Source: an uncultured virus (IMG/VR IMGVR_UViG_3300005440_000007)
Taxonomy: Duplodnaviria > Heunggongvirae > Uroviricota > Caudoviricetes
Length of the DNA stretch: 64,000 nt
Strand: one strand, 5' to 3'
IMG/VR virus record: IMGVR_UViG_3300005440_000007
The position numbers were made by a program, and so were the translations under genes. The notes under the pieces were generated by a model that ran no database searches, had not been told where the DNA came from, and worked only from the letters and a program-made list of their open reading frames with translations. Below, piece by piece: positions 43,075-51,638 of the stretch; position 1 is the stretch's first letter, and each line of letters begins with the position of its first letter.

Positions 43075-43913
43075 TCCTGCACGTACTCTGCCGGCGTCAG
43101 ATAGCCGGTTCCGACTTTCTTGGACGCGCGAGGAGAGCGACCGCATACAGCGCAGGGAATTAGCCTGGCCTTGTAGTCCTCGGCAATCCACTCCTCAAGC
43201 GGCTTGTCTTCGTCGCCAGAGAACCGAAGCTTGATCCCTCGTTTTTCGGTGAGCTTGGAGTTGTCCTCGAGCGAAACCGCTCTAGCGAATGTGACGGGCT
43301 GCTCCGCCGCGGCTGTCTTCCAGTCGCCCTTGGAATTGAACGGACAGTAGATACAAGCCGATTTACGAGGGACCGGATATCCCATCTTCCGGGCAAGTAG
43401 CTCACAGCGACAGCGGCAAAAGTTCCCCTGCATGAGGGGGAATCGATTGGTGCGACGCGGGCCGTTCCCGCAGGTCTTGGAGTTGTGGGGATCGTTTGCC
43501 GCCCGATTCTCTTCTCCCGCCTCGAACCCGATCCAGACCTCGGTGTCCTCGTGAGCGGGAATGGCATCCGCCATCCACTTGTCGATCCGCTCGACCTTTG
43601 CAGCAGCGGTGCAGACCCGGCTCATGCGGGTGAGCATCATCTTGTTGGCTTCGAAGAATGAGATCAACGAATCGTAGCCGCGCACGGGGTACATGTCCTT
43701 CGTGATCCACACGAACTCGATCCCGTACTTCTGGCACAGCGGGATCGCGTAGTCCCTGATATGGAGGTAGGTGCCTGGCCATTCCCCGTCGCGGCCGGCA
43801 GGAGAACCGGTGTCGGCGAAAACGGCATACTGCGGGAGCTCCTGGCGCTGGATCGCGTCGAGCAACATCCCGAAGCTGTCCAGGCCTCCCCCGTAGCTCA
43901 GGATCTTGATCAC
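43071..43913 (-). CDS. PAPS-reductase/adenine-nucleotide alpha-hydrolase family protein
   Basis: LSYGGGLDS..FADTG..EWP.TY..R.CT...K..IGF..E..R..FPL..PRKSACIYCPF. Confidence 0.85.
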   Translation of the reverse strand: MIKILSYGGGLDSFGMLLDAIQRQELPQYAVFADTGSPAGRDGEWPGTYLHIRDYAIPLCQKYGIEFVWITKDMYPVRGYDSLISFFEANKMMLTRMSRVCTAAAKVERIDKWMADAIPAHEDTEVWIGFEAGEENRAANDPHNSKTCGNGPRRTNRFPLMQGNFCRCRCELLARKMGYPVPRKSACIYCPFNSKGDWKTAAAEQPVTFARAVSLEDNSKLTEKRGIKLRFSGDEDKPLEEWIAEDYKARLIPCAVCGRSPRASKKVGTGYLTPAEYVQE

Positions 43914-44242
43914 GATCCCTCGATCTGGATGAATTGGGCGAACGGTATGCCGCGGACGGGGGCATGGACGACCTCGACCTGGCCGGAAGGTCCGTATCCC
44001 CAGAAATAGCGATAGCGATCGAAGCTCGCGCGCTGCTGGGGCGTCATCGCTTGGAGGTCCCGGCGGACCACCGAAAGAAGATCTTCGACGGTCCAAGTCC
44101 CTCTCGACATCCCAGCAGATTCGAACTCCTTGAGCTCTGCATCGGGATGACGCTCGCGGATTTCCTCAAGGACATCCACGAGGCTCTTCGCCTGAACGGC
44201 TCCCAGACGCACGCGCCGACGAGCCACGATCAGGTCGTCCAC
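43910..44242 (-). CDS. hypothetical protein with RRRVRLGA leader
   Basis: AAGGA SD before GTG 44242. Confidence 0.65.
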   Translation of the reverse strand: MDDLIVARRRVRLGAVQAKSLVDVLEEIRERHPDAELKEFESAGMSRGTWTVEDLLSVVRRDLQAMTPQQRASFDRYRYFWGYGPSGQVEVVHAPVRGIPFAQFIQIEGS

Positions 44243-45456
44243 TGATCCTTTTCGACGAACTGATCCGGCCGCGTGGCCCTCGTCGTCTGCGAAAACATCC
44301 TCGTCTTGTAGGGCGTGGACTGGCACATTGGACGCGAGGGCGGCGAGAAGCTCTTATTCGGAACGAAGGCCGGAGGAAGGCTTGGAACCGGAGCGGCTCC
44401 AGGAGCAACCCGAAGCGGCGGCGGCGCCGCGGGAGCCGAGAACGGCGTGGTCCTGATCGGCACCGAGGTGCCCGGTGTGACCTGGCTCGGGGGAGTCACC
44501 GAGACCGGCCCAGGAGTCGGAGCGGGCCCCGGCGTCGGCGTCGGAGCCGGAATCGGCGTCGGTGTGGGAGTCGGAGTGGGCCCAGGCGTCGGCGTCGGCG
44601 TCGGAGTTGGGCTTGGGGTCTGGCAGCGTGGATCGCTCTCGTTCACCGCATGAACCCCAAGAGGAAGCTGCTCGTATGCGTGCTCGCGGCTCCAGCTCTC
44701 GGACAGGATCCTTCCGGTGGGCTGAGAGTTTTCGTCGATTTCAACGAGCCTGTCTCCGCAGGCGATCGCGCCGGTGCTGCACTGTCCGGCGATCATAGCC
44801 AGCCCCGCTCTGCACCCTCCGGGGGGAACATAAGCGCACAGGGCATCCCACTTCGCTCGGTCGAGCTCGTCGATCTTACCCTCAAAACCTTGATTGATGC
44901 CGCGCTCATCCACGGCCTGGCAGTGAACGAGCCATGTGTTCTGTCCAGGACTCCAACTGAGAGTGCAGCAAAGAGGAACCGGAGGAGGCTCGTTCTGGTT
45001 GTAAATGGATCCGCAGATCGGCTTGCAGCGAGAATCGTCGCCGCAGCCGACTCCAGCCGGAAGATCGGTGATGTTGTCGCTGTACTGGCCGAATTGATCG
45101 CGCGAGATGTTTTGCGCGATGATCGCGCCCGTCGCGTAATCGACAAGCGTGAATGTGCCGTCTCCCATGGGACACGCCAGCGCCGGAGGAAGAGGTGTCG
45201 GCGTCGGCGTCGGCGTCGGAGTCGGGGTCGGCGCAGGAGTCCCGTCTGGCCCGCATTCAGGGAAGCCCGGATAGATTCCAGGCGAACTTATCCACAGCGG
45301 ATTGGTGCAGTGTTTTACTTGAGAGCCAGTCTGGGGGTCCGTCACGACACAACAATTCGCCGCTTGCCCCAGGCGCCGAGGACCGGCCAAGCGCACTGTG
45401 GGAAGGCCTCGAGCCTGGTCCCACGGCCCGGCGCCGAAGAAATTGCGGCGAAACAT
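44230..45456 (-). CDS. Cys-rich PT-repeat protein, related to 37054-38454
   Basis: ACPMGDGTF module; two (PT)n tracts. Confidence 0.8.
   Translation of the reverse strand: MFRRNFFGAGPWDQARGLPTVRLAGPRRLGQAANCCVVTDPQTGSQVKHCTNPLWISSPGIYPGFPECGPDGTPAPTPTPTPTPTPTPLPPALACPMGDGTFTLVDYATGAIIAQNISRDQFGQYSDNITDLPAGVGCGDDSRCKPICGSIYNQNEPPPVPLCCTLSWSPGQNTWLVHCQAVDERGINQGFEGKIDELDRAKWDALCAYVPPGGCRAGLAMIAGQCSTGAIACGDRLVEIDENSQPTGRILSESWSREHAYEQLPLGVHAVNESDPRCQTPSPTPTPTPTPGPTPTPTPTPIPAPTPTPGPAPTPGPVSVTPPSQVTPGTSVPIRTTPFSAPAAPPPLRVAPGAAPVPSLPPAFVPNKSFSPPSRPMCQSTPYKTRMFSQTTRATRPDQFVEKDQWTT
44510..44615 (-). repeat. (Pro-Thr/Gly-Pro)n coding repeat
   Basis: ggcgtc/ggagtc hexamers. Confidence 0.8.
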
Positions 45457-45464
45457 GGGCACCT

Positions 45465-45758
45465 CTACAAGATGGAAAACCGCGCGCCTGGAAGCTGTCC
45501 GAGCGCAGTGAACTCCGCGCTGCCATCGGCGTAGATCTGATACTCCCCGTCGAGAGTCTTCACGACCCGGGGATACGTCCCGGCATATCCGTCAGGCACC
45601 ACATGCCGAAGCCAGTCTTTTAGGGCTCCAGGTGGAATGTCGTAGCTGTTGACGGCGATCGTCGGAGGCTTGACTCCGAAAGGCTGCGCGCGCCGCACAG
45701 GGCGGAGAGCCGACGGCGCGCCCATGAAGGATTCCCGGAAAATGCTTCGGTTCCCCAT
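45465..45758 (-). CDS. small hypothetical protein with Arg/Phe-rich leader
   Basis: GGAG SD; packing. Confidence 0.7.
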   Translation of the reverse strand: MGNRSIFRESFMGAPSALRPVRRAQPFGVKPPTIAVNSYDIPPGALKDWLRHVVPDGYAGTYPRVVKTLDGEYQIYADGSAEFTALGQLPGARFSIL

Positions 45759-45761
45759 GCG

Positions 45762-46064
45762 TCACTCCGGTGGATGGGTTCCCGTGGCCCGCTTGTAGAG
45801 GCTCACGAGATCGAGAATCCCCGCGAAGCCCTGTCCGACGGCCACGATCCAGCCGATCACGGAAATGAGGCCTTTTTCCTTGAGTCCCACATGGACGCCC
45901 AGGACCGTCGCGCCGGTATGGAAGACGAGCCGGCAGATGTCTCCGCTGCAGGCTGGGAGGCCCAGCATCTGGTCGAAAGTCTGGCCGAGCGTCTTCGGAT
46001 GGGGACCGTGATGGATCGTGATCAGGCGTGGTCCCCGATATGCGACTGCCCTGTAAGGGCCCAT
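45762..46064 (-). CDS. small 2-TM membrane protein
   Basis: Hydrophobic helices after LGQ. Confidence 0.7.
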   Translation of the reverse strand: MGPYRAVAYRGPRLITIHHGPHPKTLGQTFDQMLGLPACSGDICRLVFHTGATVLGVHVGLKEKGLISVIGWIVAVGQGFAGILDLVSLYKRATGTHPPE

Positions 46065-46079
46065 AGGAGCTTCCCAAAT

Positions 46080-46120
46080 GCCTCAGAAAGTAAGGTAACC
46101 CAAAGAGGCCGGGATTGCAA
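46080..46120 (-). promoter_or_regulatory. putative promoter TTGCAA-N17-TACCTT with -10 inside a GCCTC/GAGGC hairpin
   Basis: Direct reading of the intergenic sequence. Confidence 0.5.
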
Positions 46121-46134
46121 CGATAGGGGCGCTT

Positions 46135-46398
46135 CTAGGCCTTCTGACGGAAAGCCAGCGCGCCGCGGCGATATCGTCCGGCTTTCGATGCGGGAATGCT
46201 TTCAGGCCGAATGGAGGAGATGCCGTCATCGTTGGAAAGGTCGGACGCCATGAAGATATAGAGCGACCTCTGGACCAGGAACGATGTGCCGTCCGCGGGT
46301 ACGGTGATCTTCCGAAGAGCGTCAAGATCGACCACGTCTTGCCTAGCCAGGCGAGACTTAGCGGCGAGTTCCGAGACGCTGAAAGCGACGTCTTTCAT
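46135..46398 (-). CDS. possible HTH-like small protein
   Basis: FSVSELAAKSRLARQDV; ATGA coupling. Confidence 0.55.
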   Translation of the reverse strand: MKDVAFSVSELAAKSRLARQDVVDLDALRKITVPADGTSFLVQRSLYIFMASDLSNDDGISSIRPESIPASKAGRYRRGALAFRQKA

Positions 46399-47267
46399 GG
46401 GCAGCAGAAGACTGTTTCAGGTCCAACGACCCCAGCCGTCAGGAAGATGCTCCGCAGCGGAGAAGAGTCCGGCGTGACGTCACCGGCCCCGCCGCCGTAG
46501 GAAACCATGTTGGTGGGGTACAGGGCGAAGAAGGTGCCTACGTCCGCCACGAAAATGAGAGGAATGGCCACGCCGTCGAGGAAGAGGGTCGGCACGCCGG
46601 CCCCGTCAATCGAAAAATGGACAACGTGGGAAGCCCCCGGGGTCGGCGTCCAAGTTCCCGTGTAGAAAGGAATGAGCGTCGAATCTCCTGCCTGAACCGC
46701 GATGTTTCCGTCTCCGAAGAAAGAAACCGCCAAGCTTTCCGAGAGATCGAAATTGTTGATGATGAGCTGATAGGTAGTCGTCGGGTTCGGAGGCGTCGTG
46801 TACTCGGTGAAGTCGAACTGCCCAGAAAGTCCGAACACGGTTGCAAGCGGTGCGGAAAGAGGCTTGAACGCGATCGGGAAATCGTCCGCGTCGAAGGTGT
46901 CCATCGACATGATCCCGGGGGTGAACGTGAATTGTCCGCCCAGGGGGCCGAACGGCTCGATAAAGGTCCACCCGCAGACGGGCCCAGGCGATGCCCCGCT
47001 GATCACACCCGTGCAGGGCCCGAAACAGTCTGCAAAGATCGAAGCTTCCACGCAGGTGGGCGTTGGAGTCGGCGTGGGAGCCGGCACCGCAGCAGACTGC
47101 GGGCTCGGGCTTCCGAATCCGAAGGGAGAGGTTCCTGGGCCTCCGAAGGGCGATGCTGCGAAAGGCGGGCGTACTGGGAGGACGCAGCGGTTCGTTCTGG
47201 GATCCCGAACGAGGGGAGGAGGACACCGTCGGCCCTTGTTCCCGTTCCGATTGTTCGGAGGAGCCAT
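46395..47267 (-). CDS. Pro-rich leader plus beta-sandwich (lectin/LamG-like) domain; candidate surface protein
   Basis: PT linker then a beta-rich acidic domain 'W..GASHVVHFSIDG..TLFLDG'. Confidence 0.7.
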   Translation of the reverse strand: MAPPNNRNGNKGRRCPPPLVRDPRTNRCVLPVRPPFAASPFGGPGTSPFGFGSPSPQSAAVPAPTPTPTPTCVEASIFADCFGPCTGVISGASPGPVCGWTFIEPFGPLGGQFTFTPGIMSMDTFDADDFPIAFKPLSAPLATVFGLSGQFDFTEYTTPPNPTTTYQLIINNFDLSESLAVSFFGDGNIAVQAGDSTLIPFYTGTWTPTPGASHVVHFSIDGAGVPTLFLDGVAIPLIFVADVGTFFALYPTNMVSYGGGAGDVTPDSSPLRSIFLTAGVVGPETVFCCP

Positions 47268-47275
47268 CACTTCAG

Positions 47276-47305
47276 ATTGTAGCGCCTAGTCGGATGGTTT
47301 TCCAA
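47276..47305 (-). promoter_or_regulatory. putative promoter TTGGAA-N18-TACAAT
   Basis: 8 nt upstream of ATG 47267. Confidence 0.55.
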
Positions 47306-47341
47306 GAAACTTTTAAGCTACTCGGCGTGCCGGGTTTCCAG

Positions 47342-48364
47342 CTATGCCGTCTTCCCCTTTTTCCTCTTTTGCTCGATCTCGTCGATCTGCGCCTGGCACC
47401 AGAGAAGATCGGTCTCCGCGAGATCCTCTTGCAGCTGCTTGGAATAGAGGGAGAACTCGGGCATGTGATCCGGCGGGATCTTTAGGCAGCGCTGCAGGAT
47501 CGCGACAGCGTCCCAGAGCATTGAAGCCTTGATGAGCTCGATCGCCGCCCAGTAGAGAGGTTCCCTTCGGAGGGGCGCTTCGTCAGCTGCAGCCATGAAC
47601 TCATCCATGGCACGCTGAAGATTCCCAGACCGGGCGAGGCACTTCGCAAGCTGCATCCTGGAGGCAACGCGTTCAAATGGCGCGTCTGCCGGGTCCACGG
47701 GCTGGCGGACGTGAACCTCGAGATGCGGAATCGCTTCCTTCCACTCCTCGCGAAGCACGTACTCCAGGCCAAGCTGCCTGGACGCGTAGTAGTATTCCGG
47801 ATCCTCCTGGACGCAGAGCTTGAGAAGCTCGAGATTCTGGGCCCGGCGTGCCGACTTGTCAGGATCCGGATGGTGCTCGATCACGCATTCGAGGAGGCGT
47901 CCGACCTTGGCCGGAGGAAAGAGCGATGCCAAGCGCTCGTGGACCCGATACTTCCAGATCCATCGTCCTTTCTGGAAGAGAACGGTGCGAGGGTTCAGCA
48001 TGGTGCTGCCGCCCTCGACGGCGCGATTCTCATAGCCGACCTGATAAGCCGAGATGGCGTAGTTCCTGATGGCTCCCAGAAGCGGCCCGAGCGAGCTGGG
48101 ACGGAGGATTTCGTCGGCGTCGATGGAGAGGACCCAGCGGTTTTTCGCCCGCATCATGGCCTGGTTCCGAGCCTGGGCGAAATGGAATGGAGAGATCTCC
48201 ACCTGGGAGACGTCCGCGCCCATCTGGCGGGCAATCTTCACGGTGTCGTCGGTCGAACCCGTATCATGGACGATGATCTGGTCAAGCCCCTCGAGCGACT
48301 TGATGCAACGCCCGATGAACTTGGCCTCGTTCTTCGTGATCAGGACCGCCGAAACGCCGTTCAT
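47342..48364 (-). CDS. GT2 glycosyltransferase with TPR repeats
   Basis: LITKNEA..DTGSTDDT..FAQARN..IDADE..VHE; helical C-terminus. Confidence 0.9.
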   Translation of the reverse strand: MNGVSAVLITKNEAKFIGRCIKSLEGLDQIIVHDTGSTDDTVKIARQMGADVSQVEISPFHFAQARNQAMMRAKNRWVLSIDADEILRPSSLGPLLGAIRNYAISAYQVGYENRAVEGGSTMLNPRTVLFQKGRWIWKYRVHERLASLFPPAKVGRLLECVIEHHPDPDKSARRAQNLELLKLCVQEDPEYYYASRQLGLEYVLREEWKEAIPHLEVHVRQPVDPADAPFERVASRMQLAKCLARSGNLQRAMDEFMAAADEAPLRREPLYWAAIELIKASMLWDAVAILQRCLKIPPDHMPEFSLYSKQLQEDLAETDLLWCQAQIDEIEQKRKKGKTA

Positions 48365-48377
48365 GTTTCTCCCTTTC

Positions 48378-49070
48378 TCATTCCCGGGACGCCTCGAGCG
48401 TCCCGTCTTCGATCGCCTTCACGTTCCACCGAAGCGCCTTCTCGTGTTCCCGCTTCACGACCGCCAGTTCCTGAATGGGATGAAAGGCGTGGTCCTTCGC
48501 GATCTCCCTGAAATAGTATCCGTCCGGTTCCTTGATCTTATCGAACTCCTCCGGCCAGCGATAGGGGGGATTGAACACCCGATGGACGACCTGAGTGTGA
48601 TCGAGCTTGCAGAAAGGGTCGGTCACCGGATGGTAGAAGAAACGCCGTCCCCACTGGGTGAGCGGGCTCATTCTCATCTCCGGATCCTTGGAATAGTTCA
48701 AGATCCCGAAGGCAGCCTGGTGGTCGGGGTGCTCTTCGAAATGACGGCTCGCCGCGGCGAACCAGGTCGGATAGAAATAGTCGTCGTCGCACAGGGAGCA
48801 GACGAGGCCTTCCGAGATCATCGAAAGCGCCGTGTTCATGTTCGCGCTGACGGGGTTGCGCCGGCTTCGTTCTTCCGGAGAAACATTCACCTTGACGACA
48901 TCGACCCTGCGAAGCATGAACTCCTCGACCACTTTTTCGACATCGAAGGTGGTGCTTTCGTCCATGACGATCAGGCGATAGTCTGCATGGGTCTGAGCGG
49001 AGATGCTGAGAAGCGCCTGCCTGATCCATCTAGGCCGGTTATAGCTCAGGAGGATACAATTAACGAGCAT
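48378..49070 (-). CDS. GT2 glycosyltransferase
   Basis: SYNRP..SI.AQT..MDEST..N.AL..LCDDD. Confidence 0.9.
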   Translation of the reverse strand: MLVNCILLSYNRPRWIRQALLSISAQTHADYRLIVMDESTTFDVEKVVEEFMLRRVDVVKVNVSPEERSRRNPVSANMNTALSMISEGLVCSLCDDDYFYPTWFAAASRHFEEHPDHQAAFGILNYSKDPEMRMSPLTQWGRRFFYHPVTDPFCKLDHTQVVHRVFNPPYRWPEEFDKIKEPDGYYFREIAKDHAFHPIQELAVVKREHEKALRWNVKAIEDGTLEASRE

Positions 49071-49782
49071 GGGAATTCAGGTCAAATATCAGGGACGCCT
49101 CGGGAACCATCTCTTTCAATATATCGCCGCACGGCTCTTTGCTGAGGCGAACGACCTGCGCCTCCTCTCCTGCCTTCCCGAGAATGACGTGGTCCGATGC
49201 TCTCCGCGCCTCGATGGCCGGCGCGTCTATGGGGCTCCGACCGTGATCACCGACGAGTACGACATCTTTGACCGCGTCTGGGCCCCAGACCACTACGTCT
49301 TTGACGGGTACTTCCAGAGGTCCCGATGGTACCACGAGCGGCGAAGTCAGGTGCTCCGCGCGATCGAGCTGGAGCCAATTCGAGAGGTGAACCGGAAGGA
49401 CATCGTCATCAACCTTAGGATTGACGAGGACTACCGATCGCTCAATTGGACAATCCATCCGTCGTGGTATCTCAGGATTCTCTCCCAGGAGAATTTCGAG
49501 CGCCTTCATATCGTGGCCGACGTCAGAGACGAGATTTACATCGACCACTTCCGGGCCTACGATCCCGTGATCGTGGCTTCTGGTCCCAAGGGGGACTGGG
49601 AGTACCTCCGAAGTTTCGACAGGATCGTGACCGCCAATAGCACCTTTTCCTGGTGGGCCGCTTACTTCAGCCAGGCGAGCAGGATCTACACCTTCAAGCG
49701 GTGGGTGACCCATCCCGTCCCGCAGCTCCACGCTTTTCCCAACGGCGTCGAAGTAGATGGGAAGTTTCTTCACGAGGGGTAG
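49069..49782 (+). CDS. GT11 alpha-1,2-fucosyltransferase-like protein, inverted relative to the operon
   Basis: GRLGNHLFQY..GYFQ..ANSTFSWWAAY. Confidence 0.88.
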   Translation: MGIQVKYQGRLGNHLFQYIAARLFAEANDLRLLSCLPENDVVRCSPRLDGRRVYGAPTVITDEYDIFDRVWAPDHYVFDGYFQRSRWYHERRSQVLRAIELEPIREVNRKDIVINLRIDEDYRSLNWTIHPSWYLRILSQENFERLHIVADVRDEIYIDHFRAYDPVIVASGPKGDWEYLRSFDRIVTANSTFSWWAAYFSQASRIYTFKRWVTHPVPQLHAFPNGVEVDGKFLHEG

Positions 49783-49787
49783 ATCCG

Positions 49788-51095
49788 TCACGGCTTCCGA
49801 CCTCTCGCTTTAAGGCTAAGGCGTCCGCCCATCCAGCTCCAGTGCGGATCGTGATGGTCCTCATAATCCATCGTCACGTCCTGGACGTCGACGAACCCGG
49901 CGCTGATCAGCGTCGTTCGGAGCATCGAGAAGTTGTAGAGGGCCTTGTGACCGAAGGCCGGATCGGTCTCCGCCTCGGCGCCATAGATCGCCATCTGGAT
50001 CTTGAAGATCTGCAACGGCTGCTCGAGGTAGGTTTTGGCTACGAGGGGGCCGTTGGGGACATGGACCCTCAGGATTCCTCCGGGTTTCATGACTCTCAGG
50101 ATCCGCCGTAGAACGAGACCGACTTTCGAGACGGGAATGTGCTCAAGGACATGCATCATGAGCACTTCGTCGTAGGTCCCCTCCGGGATCGGCCAGTCGG
50201 ACGTCGTAAGATCAAAAGAATAGGTCGGCTTGATCGCAGAATCCTTGTCGATCGTGTCGTGCCCGGGCGTCGGCGTCTTTCCCGATCCAATATCGAGCCG
50301 CCGGCGCCCGATCTTGGGAAACAGGAACGGAACCTCGACAAGCTTCGGATCTGAGGAGTTCGCGCGGAAAGTCTCCCTGTATGATTCCTCGGTCTTGTCC
50401 AGGTACTGGACGGACGTCTTGTTCTTGATGTTGAACTCGGAGAATCGCGTTGTCCGCTCCATCCCGCGCTTAGCGTAGACCTCTTCGTCGAATCCGATGT
50501 AGTGCAGGAAGTAGAACCTCGCGTCGTCGAACTTCTCCGGTTTCCAGCTATCCTTGTCTCGAAAGGAATGCCTTCCATGTTCGTATTCGAGCTGGCTCTC
50601 CGGTCGGATGATGCAGGGCTTCGAATAGATCCGGCTCTCGATGCCGGTGGTTCGCTGTTCCAGAAGCGGCCTCGCAGGGTTGTATGCACCTTCCCCTGGA
50701 CGCGGCCACATGTTCCAGCCGTGGGTCCAGAAGAACTCGTGCATGAGACCCATCGACTGATTCGGCTGCGCCCTCTCGAGCTCATCGACGATGGAAAGGC
50801 CGCTCTTCGGGACAACGAACTCGTCACAGTCGGCGAGGATCACGAAGTCGAACTTGCCGGCGCACTCTTTGCGCTTGCGGTCGTAGGCCTCGGAAAGCGC
50901 GGCATCGCTGAATTTCCCGTCCGAGGAATAGCTCGAAACGACCACGTTCGGGTAGCTGCAGGCAATGAAGCGGGACCGATCTGTGGACTCGTTGTCGATC
51001 AGGAAGACGGTATCTACCTGCGGGCTGTAGTAGTCGAGGAATTGTGGAAGCAGGATCTCTTCGTTGTAGATCGCGCAAATGACGGCAACCTTCAC
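49788..51095 (-). CDS. GT2-like glycosyltransferase fused to class I SAM methyltransferase
   Basis: YNEE..DNESTD..DCDEF; LDIGSG..HVLEH..MKPGG.L...VP. Confidence 0.88.
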   Translation of the reverse strand: MKVAVICAIYNEEILLPQFLDYYSPQVDTVFLIDNESTDRSRFIACSYPNVVVSSYSSDGKFSDAALSEAYDRKRKECAGKFDFVILADCDEFVVPKSGLSIVDELERAQPNQSMGLMHEFFWTHGWNMWPRPGEGAYNPARPLLEQRTTGIESRIYSKPCIIRPESQLEYEHGRHSFRDKDSWKPEKFDDARFYFLHYIGFDEEVYAKRGMERTTRFSEFNIKNKTSVQYLDKTEESYRETFRANSSDPKLVEVPFLFPKIGRRRLDIGSGKTPTPGHDTIDKDSAIKPTYSFDLTTSDWPIPEGTYDEVLMMHVLEHIPVSKVGLVLRRILRVMKPGGILRVHVPNGPLVAKTYLEQPLQIFKIQMAIYGAEAETDPAFGHKALYNFSMLRTTLISAGFVDVQDVTMDYEDHHDPHWSWMGGRLSLKARGRKP

Positions 51096-51634
51096 GGCTG
51101 GACTCTGGCGAGCTCCATCTTCGAAAGGTTGCGAGGGGTGTACGGATCCGGCTTCCGGGCTTTGATGAAGACTCCGGGGACCTGCCAGTCGCTGCAGACG
51201 GCAAGGATCTCCATGTCCGAAAAGATGTTCCGGAAATCCTCGAGCGTGTAGCGCCAGACGTCGATCGGATAGGGGTGATAGGGAAATCCTGGGGACCTGG
51301 TCGTGACGAGGAGGAGGCCTTTTGGCTTGACCAGAGCTTTCAGCTGCTCGACGATGGGACGCCAATCCTCGACGTGCTCGAGCATCTCGGTCGAGATCAC
51401 AACATCAAACGACGCCTCCCCGAACTTCTCGGTCAAGGCAAGGGCGTTTGCCACGACGTCGACGCCTGGGCCCGGCGCATAGTCCACGCCGATATAGGCC
51501 GCAGGCTTCATCGGTATGACCACGGTCCGCGGCGTCCCGTTCACGTCCTGGGATCCGATCTCGGCGACCCTCTTTCCGACGATCTCTTCGGCGCAGAGAT
51601 GCGCCTTCAGAAAGTCCATCACCGAGTTATGCAT
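51092..51634 (-). CDS. class I SAM methyltransferase (type 11-like)
   Basis: EIGSQDVNG..GVD..FDVVISTEMLEH..H.YP.D.WRY. Confidence 0.9.
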   Translation of the reverse strand: MHNSVMDFLKAHLCAEEIVGKRVAEIGSQDVNGTPRTVVIPMKPAAYIGVDYAPGPGVDVVANALALTEKFGEASFDVVISTEMLEHVEDWRPIVEQLKALVKPKGLLLVTTRSPGFPYHPYPIDVWRYTLEDFRNIFSDMEILAVCSDWQVPGVFIKARKPDPYTPRNLSKMELARVQP

Positions 51635-51638
51635 AGGT

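Noticed and set aside
37239..45245. Hexamer tandem repeats as a CRISPR array or non-coding repeat
   Set aside because: They are in-frame Pro-Thr codons with synonymous variation; no repeat-spacer array or cas genes are seen anywhere in the window.
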